Shown: one piece after another, positions 25,601-52,921 of the stretch
Layout: each line of letters starts with the position of its first letter
How positions within the stretch are numbered: the stretch's first letter is position 1
From: Folioceros fuciformis
Lineage: Eukaryota
Assembly: GCA_049999805.1 (NCBI GenBank)
Contig: JBNGIO010006060.1
Span: forward strand, 1-64,000
DNA length: 64,000 bases
Direction: 5' to 3'
Made by a program: the position numbers and the translations under genes
The notes under the pieces: generated by a model
Told to the model about the DNA's origin: nothing
Seen by the model: only the letters and a program-made list of their open reading frames with translations
Database searches by the model: none

Positions 25601-28099
25601 ATGCATGCATCTCGACGGTGGATACTAACCGGTACACCGATGCCAAACACTCCTAGCAGTCAAGTTGCTCATTTGCAGCCTATGTTGAAGTTTCTGCATG
25701 AAGATGTGTATGGGAAACAACAGAAATCTTGGGAGGGTGCAATCTTGCGGCCTTTCCAAGATGGCCGAGAGGAGGGGCGTTTGCGGCTGATGGATCTTCT
25801 GCACCGGTGTATGATAAGTGCCAGGAAGGCTGAGCTCAGAACAATTCCTCCATGTTTAAGAAAAATCAAGCTTCTAAGTTTCACGGAGAAGCACGCAGCC
25901 AGCTACAATGAGCTGGTCGTTACTGTAAAAAGGAATATTCTGATGGCAGACTGGAATGACCCGTCTCACGTTGAGTCGCTGTTGAATCCAAGACAATGGA
26001 AGTTCAGAAGCAACACAATTAAGAATGTCAGGCTATCCTGTTGTGTTGCTGGCAACATAAAGGTTAGGAATGCTGGCGAGGATATCAAGGAAACAATGGA
26101 CATGTTGGAAGAGCAGGGTATGGATCCTGCTTCAGAAGCGTTTCTCACTATCCGGCGTGGCCTCTTAGATGGAAGCCGTTGTGACAGGTGCGCACTGTTT
26201 GTTTCCCTTGTACGGTCCATCTTTGAGATAATTTGCAATCGGGTTTATTGCTTGTATCATATTCCATTAAAATATTACTGCAAATGTGCAAGGGTTATGG
26301 CTGGCTACTGCTAAACTTTGCAGCCCGTTGGAGCCCTGCAGGTGCAAACAATGGTGCAGGTTGCCAATTGTGACTCCGTGTAGGCACCTTCTCTGCCTGT
26401 CGTGCACAGCGTTGGACTCCGAGAAGTGCCCTATGCTTGGCTGTGGCAATCCTTACAAGATGCAAAGCCCTGCAGACTTAACGCGTCCAGAAAATCCGCA
26501 TCCAAAATGGCCTGTACCGCAAGATTTGATTGAGTTGCAGCCATCGTATGTTCAGGTACAGGCCTGCTGATCGTTAATGATCATCTGAAAGCCTCCCATA
26601 CCTGCGAACGCGCACATTGTCCGTGCTACAATGAGGAGAGGGCCTTGCTTTGTACGTAGAAATGGCTGACAGCCGTCTTTGGATGTTCACAGGACAACTG
26701 GAACCCTGACTGGCAATCCACATCCAGTAGCAAGGTTTCTTATCTAATTAATGAGTTGAAGGCTTTGCAGATGGCTTATGAATCTCAGGCAACAGAAAAT
26801 TTGGAACCAGATGTTCGGGAAATTTCGGATGAGATACTGTTTGGTATGAAGCATTCGTGGTGCACAAGGTCAAGCAAGGCAATGCCTCCGAAGGCCATTG
26901 TCTTCTCTCAGTTTTTGGAGCACATACATGTGGTGGAGAAACAGGTGGCTTATTCGTATGTATTCTGTGGATTGGATTGGTTGCCTTGAGGTGCTGAGTT
27001 GCCAAAAACTTCACATTGCTAGATTTGCAGAAGGAAGGTGGATGTCTCCTCTGTGCATCGTTATTCATTGATAGACATGCAGATGTTAGAAGCGATGTTT
27101 GTGGTTGTCAAGGACCCATCGTTGTCACAAGATGAATGAAAGCCGGTTTAAACTTACAAACGGCTCATTTGCAAGCTTTAGAGCACCTTGCGCAAGCTTG
27201 CCGGATGTGACAGGATCGATGTCTTTGACGACCATAAACGAGACACCTTCATCTTCTTACATTTTTGGGGTGGTTTTGGTCTGGTCTCCGTGTGGGGCTT
27301 TTTCATTTGACTGTACAGGCTCGTTTTGGCGTCTAACATCGCAGGTGGCTTGTTCAGTTAAGTGACGCGAAGCTGGAGCACGTTGGAATGTATAGCCCAA
27401 TGCACTCTGTGAATAAGGTGGGTCACTAAGAACAAGTTGGATTCACCTGTTGCGTCCGTGTTTTAGAGGTCAATCCCAGCTTCAAACTTGCCGTCACCGT
27501 TGCTCACAGGGATTTGCATGTGCAGGTGAAGTCACTTCACACCTTTCAACAAGATCCAGAGTGCATGGTTCTGGTGATGGATTCGAGTGCTGCCTTGGGC
27601 CTAGATTTAAGCTTTGTGACTCATGTGTATCTCATGGAACCAATATGGGACCGCAGGTACGAGCGACCCAAGTTATTCATTTTCTTGGCTACTGGATTGC
27701 AGCAAGTAACCTTGATGGCAAACAGCTTATGGTTCATTGATGGCGTCAATTCAGTGTCGAGGAGCAAGTAGTAAGCAGAGCGCACCGGCTGGGTGCCACC
27801 CGCCCTGTCTTAGTGGAAACTTTGGCCATGTCTGGCACCATTGAAGAGCAGATGTTGCGATGCCTTCAGGTACTGCCTCCGCCTTCGGCTTCTTCCATTC
27901 TCGTTTGTATGCCAAGTTTGTCTGACACGATGAACGAATCACACCGCAGGACTCGTCGAAAAGGAAGAGAGCGCGCCATTTGGAAGGAGCAGACAATTTT
28001 GATCCAAGTCGTCCAGGGTACCGCACGATGCACGATTTTGCGGAAAGCAATTATCTGGCTCAACTCGACTGCGTACGCACAGTTGCCTTCGAGGCATAA
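22641..28099 (+). CDS. F-box / SNF2-family ATPase / CW zinc finger / RING protein (At3g54460-like architecture)
   Basis: Exons 22641-23344, 23566-26187, 26342-26555, 26693-26944, 27358-27417, 27526-27656, 27755-27869 and 27950-28099. F-box DIPDEVLGSIL, motif I GGLFCDEPGLGKT, CW finger WVQCDACRKWRKLP, LDEGH, LTGTP, RING TPCRHLLCLSC, and helicase-C AIVFSQF. Confidence 0.93.
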
Positions 28100-28867
28100 C
28101 TAGAGTTGGGCATGTAGGGACAGATGAGAGGCGGAGCACATTCGCTCCCTCAACTTCCATTTAGCCTCCTCACATATAATAGTATGTATGATGTACCTAC
28201 TCTTGGTGATGGGCATGTACCCACCCGACATTTAAGTGAGCCAGTCCGGCGAGGTGGTAGTCGAATTCTCGAGCTTGGATTGTAGCAGGTTTTGGTGTCT
28301 AAACATTATCTACACGCATATATGTACGTACAATTCGTGTTGTATTCCCTGGCACTGGCAAGCTCTCTCGTCTTCCACGTACTGCACGTTTTCTGCCATG
28401 GGGAGACGCAGTGAATGTAGAACTTTGAAGGTGGCTTAGGGGGGCCTTCTTAGCAAGTGCGCAGGCGTAGACTGGGTGATAAAAAAAGTGAAGTCCTAAC
28501 TAAATTAGCTTGTAGACACGCCGTGGGTTGCTTGGGGGTGCCGGTGCGGCGCGGTGAGGAGACTTGGCTCGGAAATCTCTGGGCAAGCAGGCGTGAAAGT
28601 CTCTGTCTCTGTCTGCACCTCACTTTTGGAATCCCGGCATCAGCGAGGCGGCTGGAGTCAAGGATGTTATGTCGCAACACGCACCAATTTCGCACAAGTC
28701 TGGATCACTAGTCGGACAGTTGATGTGTTGAGCGGATCTGAGCTCCGTGGAATTCAGGTTTGAAGCTTCTCTGTGGATGGATGCTAGGTGGAATATGTGC
28801 GTGATGGATCCGGCTCAGGGCTGATGGATCGGCCCTCAGGAGTCTGGATTCGGATAGCTGTGTCGTG

Positions 28868-43111
<14,244 letters not shown>

Positions 43112-43934
43112 ATAGCAGTTAGGTACAGAATTTTTTTCGGTGCCTTCTGCACTATTCATTCCGTTTGCGCCAGTAGCCATGACCGGCTGGCATTTGGTGA
43201 GCTGGAGATCTACGTTGTCAATGTTCGAAGTGCTGATTCATTTTTGAGGTCGCGAAGTGAGTGTGCAACTTGTTCTGTCAAGCTGTGCGGATGGACTAGT
43301 TTAGGGACCCCGTTTGCTCCCTTGTGACTGGGTAATTTGTCCTGAAAATCAGGTTGGTCTCAAACATTCCCAATATTTGCGGACTTATTGAAATTCATCT
43401 ACCTTCTGTGTGGCAAGCATACCAAAATTCCATGAGTGTTGTTTCTGATCCCCGGTACCTCCAAATTCCTACAGCACACGCTTACCATATTTTCTCTCAG
43501 ATTGCGATACGACAAAACGAGGGATATGAGCTCATACTCTCATGTGCCCATGACGAACGTAGAAACGGCGTGATCCACAGTCAACCTCATAGTTACGACC
43601 AGGTCATAGTTACGACCAGGTCAGGGCTTCTACGGTAGGCAATGTATAGCATCCCATCCTATTGGTGAATAATTTAATTTTTTTGTTAATTCATTAATGA
43701 AATCAGTTTTGATTTAGAGAATAGCTCTGAATTTGGTGCGAAAAACAGTCCTATGTAGTTCATCTTTCACATTAAGTTTATATTTATAATATAAAATAGT
43801 TTTAGCTATAAATATATATTATTTAGTTCTTTGTATCAAACTAATCATAATATAATATTTCCATGCACAACATCATTCCATAAGCCAAACAAAGCTAAAT
43901 TGAAATATACCATCAAAGGCAATGCAAGGATATC

Positions 43935-44580
43935 TGACCACCTCCCATGAGTTCTCGAGCCTTCAGGACCTCCAATCACCTCCTAGAAGTTCTCATGCCT
44001 AAGGACCGCCAATCACCTCCTAGTAGTTCTCCTACCATGAGGACCTATAATAATCTCAGAGCAATTCTCATGCCTTGAGGACCTTCAAGCACCTCCTAGC
44101 ACTTCTCATGCCATGAAGACCTTCATTCACCTTCTAGCAATTCTTATGGTTTGAGGACCTCTAATCACCTCCTAGCAGTTCTCAGCCCTAAGGACCTCCA
44201 ATCATCTCCTCCTATCATCTCCTTGTAGTTCTCATGCCTTGAGTACCTCCAATCGCCTCCATAGCAGCTATTATGGCCTGATGACCTCCAATCACCTCCG
44301 AGCAAGTCTCATCCCCTGAGGACCTCCCATCACCTCCTAGCAAGTCTCATCCCCTAAGGACCTCCAATCACCTCCCAGCAAGTCTCATCCTCTGAGGGCC
44401 TCCAATCACCTCCAAGCAGGTCTCCTCCCTTGAGGGCCTCCTATCACCTCCTCGCAAGTTTCATCCCATGAGGACCTCTAATCACCTCCTAACAAGTCTC
44501 ATCCCTTGAGGACCTCCAATCACCTTCTAGCAGTTCTCATGCCATGATGGGCTTCAATCACCTCCTTGCAGTTCTCACGC
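43935..44580. repeat. 38-bp minisatellite, about 17 degenerate copies
   Basis: Unit GAGGACCTCCAATCACCTCCTAGCAAGTCTCATCCCCT. The period is not a multiple of 3. Confidence 0.93.
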
Positions 44581-44727
44581 TTACATACGACAAACCAAAG
44601 TCACCACAATATAGTCATATAAGAGTTCTTGAAAGATAATGCCCCCAACTAGATTCCCTCTTAACCTCTTCTGGTTTTCTTAGAGCAATTTAAGACCAAA
44701 GTTCTCCAACAATATTAAAAGAAGAGT

Positions 44728-47700
44728 TCACTGCTCTGGACGCCAGTATCGACTCTTCTTCACAGTCCACTCAAGGATATTGGTTGTTGGATGTGGACGT
44801 TTCTTTCTCCCTAGAGTTGTATTGGGATGTGTCTCTATTCTCAAAGCAGCACTCTCTTTAGTTACTACATGAGGACTTGTATGATCTCTTGCTTCCAACC
44901 TAGCCATCCCCGTAGATGTATGTGGATGTTTCCCCTGCCCTGGTGATGCATCCCTCTTGTTGCTGAGTATTGAAGGTCTTGAAATGTCCGTTGCTTTCAA
45001 CGTAGCCATTCCCATAGCTTGTCTCTCCTTTCTAGAAACCATCCCCATAGCTTGTCTGTCCTTTCTAGAAATATCCCTTTGTTTACTCATAAGTTTGGAA
45101 GGAATAGAAACAATTGTTGTTTTGAATCTAGGCACCCCCAAAGTTGAATTGCTGTGTTTCTTCTTCCCAAAAGAACTCTCCTTTGGACTCACTCTCCCAA
45201 GGGCCGGAGTATCTACTACATTCACTCTCAAAGGTGCTGGAGTATCTGCTGCATTCTTCTTTTGGCTCACTCTCAGAGGGGCCGGAGCATTTGCTGCATT
45301 CTTCTTTGAAATCCCTCTCATAGGAGCTAGAGTATGTGCTACATTCTTCCTTGGAATCCCTCTCAAAGAGGCCAGAGTATCTGTTGCATTCTTCATTGGA
45401 CTTAATCTCAGAGGAGCTGGAGTACCTGTTGCATTCTTCTTTGCACTCACTCTCAGAGGGGCTGGAGTATTTGCTGCATTCTTCTTTGAACTCCCTCTCA
45501 GAGGAGCTGGAGTATCTGCTGCATTCTTCTTTGGATTCACTCTTCGAGGGGCTAGAGTATCTGCTGCATTCTTCTTTGGACTCACTCTCCGAGGGGCTGG
45601 AGTATTTGTTGCAATCTTCTTTGGACTCACACTGTGAGGGGCTGGAGTATTTGGTACAATCTTCTTGGAACTCCCTCTTACAGGGGCTGGAGTATTTGTT
45701 GCAGTCTTCTTCGAACTCCCTCTCACAGGGGTTGGAGTATTTGCTGCATTCTTCTTCGGACTCACTCGCAGAGAGGCTGGAGTATTTGCTGCATTCTTCT
45801 TCAAACTCACTCGCAGAGGGGTTGGAGTAGTTGCTGCATTCTTTTTTAGACTCACTCTCAAAGGCATTAGACAAGTTGCTGCATTCTTCTTTGGACTCCG
45901 TCTCAAAGGGGCTGGAGCATTTGCTGCTTTGAACCTAGCCACACCATCCTCTCTCATACGACGGTTATCACCTTGTCCAAGCTTCATTACCTTTACGGCT
46001 TGGCTTCCCAAAAACACAATGTCTTGCATTCCTCTTTGTCGCATGGCAATGGGCAATGGAGCATGTTGTTGACGTTGAAGTGTATCATAAATATTTGCAG
46101 CAATGGCCAAAGTCATTGTTGGATCTTGAGTATACTCCAATTGTTGACATTGTGCAGCATATTCGTCATTCATACAAGGCAAGATGATACTTTTGGAGTA
46201 AATCACTTGCTTATCTGTTGCTTTCTCTTTACCTTCACTATCACGCTTTCTAGATTTCTCTGCTTCCAAACCAACTCTATAGTTAGATGAGATCCATAAA
46301 TTTCACACTAATAGTTCTCATCAATAACTTCATGGATGCAAGCAACCATACCTTTATTTTTCTTGACCTTTGCAACATTCCCATCATTCGATAGATGGGC
46401 TCTTTTCAAAGCCTTCTTTTGTTCAGGACGCGCATGTAAAGCTGCAACTTTCCAATATGTTTGTCAAGAATTTTCTGGAGTGATACAATGAAATTGGCTC
46501 AAAAGCTACACAAGTATCAATCACTTACCATTGAGATTCAAGTTTGATTTACTCAAGATAGAAGCCACATCATATTCACTGATGTGATAATTTGTGATTG
46601 CTTTAGCTCCATTGACTTCTATGGAGACTATATCATATGCTCTGAAATCATGATAACATTGATTAAACATGACAAACTTACAAATTATGAAATAGAATTA
46701 GACAATAGCACTCTTGCATACATAATGTCACGCACATAAAATATCATGTAAACTTGCATAGAGGACATTAATATAAACAGGAAATAAATACCTTGCCGCC
46801 TCTTCTTCAGTATCATGGAAACCTCGGGTCAAAGTACCATCCCTAGAAATAATAGATACAATATATCATAGATATCAATACTCCATACTATTTTACCAAA
46901 AATATGTAATGTCATAAAAAATGTCTTCTTACCTCTTGGCAGCTGGATTTTGAATCTTATATTCAGCCTTCCATTTGCTTCTTTGCGCTTCAAATCTTAT
47001 ACCAAAAAAGTTGGAATCTAAACTTCGTTTTGCCATGCATCTTGACCACTCAAGAAATTCATTTTTGGTCATCTGCTCAATCTGCATGCATCAAATGTAT
47101 GAGTTAGGTAACTAAATTTCTTCAAATCAAACCATTTAAGGAAGATAAGGAATAATTTAGAGCAATATGTTACAGTAGAGAAAAAGAAACGAATAGAAGA
47201 AAGTAAAGAGAAGTTCACTGTTGTTTTATCTCATGATATATTTGTTCCTATATATATGATAGTTACAAAAAAACAGAAACAAACCTCCTGGATACAGTCA
47301 TGATATGAACTCAATTTAAAGTTTGTTGGTGCTGATGATCCTCGAAACTTTAGAGACCCTCTATCATAATGTCTGCACATTCCAAATGTGTGTGACAGGA
47401 TCACAAATGAACTACTAACTTTCAATGGATACCTAAAATACTATTTAACAATTGTGCGAACATGTACCTCAGCCATTAGCAAAAGCAATGCAAAGACTAC
47501 TTAAGATTAGACTTAGTGATTGCCACACATTTTTATGACCAGCAACAAAGTTGATAGTTACAATTTCCTCTCTTGGATTAGATGCATTACTTCCAATCCA
47601 ACACGTACCTTGCAGCTTCAATCTCGTTGTGGCATGAACCTGAATAAAACACATCCAAAATATGCTATTAGAATTGTCATGCTTGTCAACAAGACTCTAC

Positions 47701-50391
47701 ATCAGACCATATATTATTACTTGGTTATATATATAACATATGAATACTATTTTTTTTGTTGTATAGATATTTTGAAGATGAGCCCATAGAATTTAGCGTA
47801 TGAATGAAGGCACAGAAGCCTACCGAGATATTGCTGTTTCCCATTTAGCCTTTTGGGTGTCTCCCTGAAAAATTTGCGAAAGAAGAGCAAAAGGTTAGCC
47901 AGTTAGTTACGACTGGTAGTCTGAAACTATGCTTGAACTTGGGACCATGTAGTTTACAAACCATATGTGTGCCTCCCATCTGTTGGTGCGACTGTAGCAA
48001 TTCACTCCCTGAAACTGTGACTTACGAGATACCATCTTCCTTGATTGGGGTTGCAAGTCCTTTGGTGGGCAGCATTTGCCTTTGGCAAGGGCTTCCTTGT
48101 TGTCTTGCAACCAGGTTCTCTCCCTGATCGCATACCTTAGGTAGAAAGACAGATTTCCTGTCTTCTCCGCTGCTGCTAGGGGCGTTCCCGGCAGTCCGTT
48201 GAACAGATCAGCAGGAAGCCTGTTCCACTTAGATCGTGGACCTTTGCCTCGGCATGCGCTGCTACTCGGTGAAAGCGGCACTTCGATAAGCGAGGTGTGA
48301 GCTGGACGAACAGCTGGTAAAGGCCGGATATCATTGGCTTTCGGATCACTTGACTGTGACACCACCACATCGACATAGATAACCTGTAAAGCACGCGGAT
48401 ATTAAAATGTGACTCGACTAACTGTATTTCGAACCTCTGTCAGACTTGAATCAAACAGCAAAAACTGAGGATGATCAAACTCTGAAAGCTTGCCATGATT
48501 CTCAACCTCGACGAAACAAGAAAGTTATGATTGACAAACATTGAAGACAGTCACATCTTAGCGCCCTCACTTACAGCTAGAGGCTCAGGGTCATGTCATG
48601 TAAAGAAACTCATCATTTCCACGACAGAATATCTCAAGATACGTCAATTCTACATGCACCTACAGAGCTGCACAAGCTTGACAAGAGCGGAGCTGACTTA
48701 CATTCGATGATGAACTTTCCTGATCTTGTTCCAGAAGGTAGGGCCCTGTAGACGAGCTTGGATCCTACACATGTCGTTGAACAACACATATAAGAACATG
48801 GGTATGGGAAGTGTGAGATTTCCGTCAAGTGGAAACGGAGCACACCAGGCAGCAAGCTTAATGCTGTGCACGTGTATACAAATCCATCCTGGTGTCGCGA
48901 AAAACACTGGGCTATATATACATTGAATTGAAGAATTGCAGCTGGAAAGTCTCAATTGAATTTGTCCCAGAAAATCTGGTTACATACCCGTGAGTTGTGC
49001 AACTGGATTTCTCTGATGGGATACCGCTGCATCCCCACCTCTCCAACAGAGGATTGAGACGTGGCCTCTGAACTTGCGGCAGGGAATTCATACACCGTGT
49101 TCCCAGATCGGCGGCACCCGGATCGAGACCTCTTATTTGCCCATATGTGCGCAGTGTCATCTTCACGGTACGGCATAGCTTTCCCGTGAAGACCAAGGCG
49201 AATTGACGAGGACGAAGCATCGTCGTCGGATTGTCCCGCCTGCACAAGTAGTTATCAGTCAAGAAGATTCAGATTGGACGAACCTGAACTGAGTCATCCA
49301 TAAGCACTGAGACGTCAACGCCTGCAATATTTTATTTTAAGCTTAAGACAGCAGTCATGATGCAAGCTCCCGAGCTAGTAGTGAAATGCATGGTCCTGAC
49401 AGCTCCATGAACTTAGGGCAGTAGAAATGCATGGTCATGAAGTTAGGCCATTTCACGACTGACTGTTAAAAGCAAGCTAAAGTGCGCTGCAAATCACAAA
49501 TTAGCACGTGAGCCACCAGACCTTAACAACGTCATTCTGCGGACGCTTCCACGGGCCAGCGCCAGCGGCTGGTAGAGATCCTCCTCCAAGGGGCTTTGGA
49601 GCTGTCGTTGCAGGGGATCCGGGGCTAGTTCGGCTGAGCATCGGGGCACGATAATCTTCTCTCCTCACTGCGCGCAGTTTGGCCAGGGCAAACGATCAGC
49701 AGAGAATCATTAGCAGGCCTTTGCAGGGCAAAGCAATCCAAGATCGGCCTGAACTAGGCAGGAGGAAGCAGATACTGCAGGCTTTACCTCGTGCGGAAGC
49801 TGGAGGGTGGGGATCCGCCCCGGGGTGAACCGCTGGTACTCGACGTGGCCCAGATGTGGGTGGAGGGTGCTCGGCAGGAAGGGGGAGTTGTGGAATGGAG
49901 AGTGGAGCGAGAGGATTTTGATGGGAATCTGCTGCTGGCGCCCTCAGATCTCTGCGTTCTGGTGGAGTGACCACAAGCGGGGAAAAAGGAGGGAGGGGTA
50001 CAGATGGCACGGGCACAGACTCGGGCGCTGATGTCGGCTCCGGGGACGGCTGGCGCAGCAAAAGGCGAGCACGCTCTCGCGCCCGATCTTTCGTCATATC
50101 ACACAAGGAAGCTTGAGGTTGTGGGGGAAGTGCTTTTGTAATATGTTTACCTTGGGGATGCTTCCTTGGCGTCCAGACTTGAAGGCGGCTCCAAGGTCGG
50201 GCGCGCATGATGGCCACTCCCTGCCTCCGTCGAGCTTCCCATGCCGCAATGCGGCGATCGTTTTCGTCCGGCTGCAAATTCAAGTCCACTGCGCTATGCA
50301 GCCGGCGTAGAGCATCCGCAACAGGACCGGCTGTAACCGCCGCCGCTGCCGTGGGTCTCACTGTCGGCTGCTGCTTCCTGATTCGAGCCAT
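44728..50391 (-). CDS. Divergent double-AP2 (euAP2-like) transcription factor, copy 1, with SPKK-repeat C-terminal tail
   Basis: Exons 48383-47962, 47864-47824, 47639-47609, 47372-47285, 47081-46933, 46842-46792, 46641-46529 and 46441-46352 splice in frame. R1 is SQFQGVNCYSRTNRWEAHIWETPKRLNGKQQYLGSCHNEIEAARHYDRGSLKFRG..TNF; the linker is MTKNEFLEWSR; R2 is FFGIRFEAQRSKWKAEY...GFHDTEEEAARAYDIVSIEVNGAKAITNY. Joining the last exon (ending 44728) needs the GAG acceptor at about 46275. Probable first exon 50391-49788 carries a DLNxxP motif; the 5' exons are not fully resolved. Confidence 0.82.
45170..45930 (-). repeat. Coding 45-bp (15-aa) tandem repeat TPAPLRVSPKKNAAx, about 16 units
   Basis: Visible in the DNA and in ORF 44728-46269. 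Confidence 0.93.
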
Positions 50392-52921
50392 CTTCCCTTA
50401 CTGATATTGGGAGCTGCGCAGTCAGGTCAACACTAATGTTAGCAAAGGCAATTTGTTCAGGCTGTCTTCCCCTGATAACTCCACTCACGACCTCCCAGCA
50501 GGAAAGGCACGGAATTCGAGGCTACCTGACGCTCCCAAGCGAGTGCGAACAGATCCGGAAAGCTGGAGCGCGACCACGGGAGTGAAAGAAGCCTGATGCA
50601 ATAGATAAGATCAAGGGAGCAATGAGCTGCTTGCTATGGCTCGAAACAGAAGGCTGGGAGTAGAACTTCAGGACCTCACAGTTTCATCAGCGAGCTGTGT
50701 AGGCGAATTCCTTACCGCCGCAGAGCGCAGTTGGCCGAGGAATGCTGGGTGTTCGAGCAGGATGTGGAAGCTTTAAGCAGTGCGTCGCAGACCGGTGATG
50801 GAGGAGCTCGGGCCCGCTGAGCTCGGGGGAGCTCAACGGCAGAGCTTCAGAGTGACGGGGGAGCGGGAAGGAGAGACAGAAGGGCCTTCAAGGTCCCAAA
50901 TGAGAGGAGAGAGGAGCGAGGAGAGAGAGAGAGAGTCGTGCTGGGAGAAAGAATGTACGAAATTCACCCAGCGGTTAAATGCCACACTAAGGCTCATATC
51001 ACAAACAAGCCAGTTAAGTTAATCTAGCGATGTCCAGTACCCACAGCTACGACACGTTCGGGCAGCGGGCAGGCCAATGACGCAGTTTTCCGGTACTGCG
51101 CCCTCCAGGGGAGTGGAGACGGTTAGAGGAAGGGCCCGCCTGTCCGAACCGGGACAATGGGCCCTTAAATCCTCTGCGTGATCATGGCGCAGTATCTGGA
51201 CACTGCGTCATCAAACTGCGACCGGCGACGGGGCAGGCTCAGAACGGGACGGGCGGGACAGGCGGGGACGGGAAGGACACCCCTGGGAAACGGGCACAAA
51301 CAGGATTTCCTCCATGTTCAACGGCACGGGACAGAGATGGCATCACTATGGATGCAGGGCATATTCCGAGCCCAGGCTCCTCAGCGTAATGATGTAGGCA
51401 CCCCTCAGCAACATCATGTGCAAGGGATGCAGCCAGTTCATCACCGGCCAGCCACCGCAGTGGTTTGCTTATGACGGCAAGCCACGATGCGCATTATCTG
51501 GAGTCCAGTCCGTGCGCTGGCCTCAAGACAGACGAACGCAGCTGCAACTGGTGAGAAATCCTTCCCAGGTTCACGAAACTGGCTGGTGAGCAGCTTTCCC
51601 AGGCTCTAGCATGCAAACTGGCGTACTGCATTGGTATGTACGTTCATACATGGATAGAGAAACCCCAAGGGTGCCTTCCCATTCCTTCAAGTCCCGAATC
51701 GCAGTCATCCATTCATGTCAGGCCTCGTCCTCGAGTTGCTTCAAGTGACAACATTGCTGCCGGCTATGCGAGGTTAGATTCCGATGTGGTTCCAAGGTTT
51801 TCACTCGTTGGATAAAGTTGGGACGGAACCAAGCGATGCTGAGCAGAGGCTCGGGCTCCCACGTAAGAATAGAAATGATCAAGCACTTGAGCCGGCTAAG
51901 AGCAGTCACATCTCCTAGCTGCTTAATTTTCAATGACAAGGCGAGTGGCTGTAGGCAGAGCCTCGCGCTGCTCAGTGCTATACGCCGCGTGAAGATGCAA
52001 GCGGCAGGTTTGTATCTTGCAGGGGACGGCTGCATTCATTAACCTCGTACACGGTTTCTAGCGCTCGGCCACCGCGGAAGGATGAGTTAAAGAAAAAGGA
52101 TGAGCTTGAAGGCGTTGATGACCGTACAGTGTACACTCTACCCAGGAGTCCCGTCCTGGTCGAGTTGCGTGCATGACCCTGGACCCTAAAGCTGAATCGG
52201 AACAGGCCCGTCGCTTACCACTCCTTGCCCAGCTGTAGCTGAAGGAGTGGACTTCAGAAGCGGCCGATAGCTGAGCTTAACACCTTGTTGGCAGGCTCGA
52301 CTGCCCACGAAAACGGGCACTTCTTCTAGCTGTTTGGAGAGATTGTCGCCAGCGAACGCCTAAATGCTGCCCTACAACCTGGCATAGCTGCAGACTCATG
52401 ACAGTGCTTGTCGATCGCGAAAATGCACACATGCTAGGATCCAGACATTTGCAACTCGATCTGTAATTCCAGATGGAGTTTATCATTTGTCCGCGCTAAA
52501 GAACTCTGCATAAGCAGACGGCAAGTTTGCAGAGTGCGATCCCACATTGACACTTGCAATGCGAGTCAGGAGTCCGAGCGCAAAAATCAATATCCACTGG
52601 AACCTGTGGAGCGTACGCTCCACAGCTTCCAACGAGCCCGAGCCCAAACCATTTTACAAGGTTGGGAAATCCTGCAGCTAAACTTGTTTCCAGCCCGGAA
52701 CTGGAATTGTGCATTCGGCAAAGCTGCACTCTCTAACGCGAGCCTGCATGTGGGAGACAGACCCACGCGCCATGATCGTGATTAGGGAAAAGGCAAGCCC
52801 GAACAATGCGTTGGAGCCAGCAGACTGTGGAGGCATTCATGCCAAGCTCAAACATCCACCCAAACATGAAAATGAAAACAGTTTCAACGGAAGGCAGCAA
52901 TATAAATCATACAATCATGAT

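Noticed and set aside
43587-43623. 17-bp direct duplication TCATAGTTACGACCAGG x2
   Set aside because: An isolated slippage-type duplication with no associated element ends, so it is not interpretable as a TSD.
44957-46072. Long overlapping ORFs in other frames and on the opposite strand (for example 44957-45637 +, 45128-45874 -, 45336-45830 +)
   Set aside because: By-products of the 45-bp repeat. Only the 44728-46269 frame has flanks homologous to the paralog at 60063-60514.
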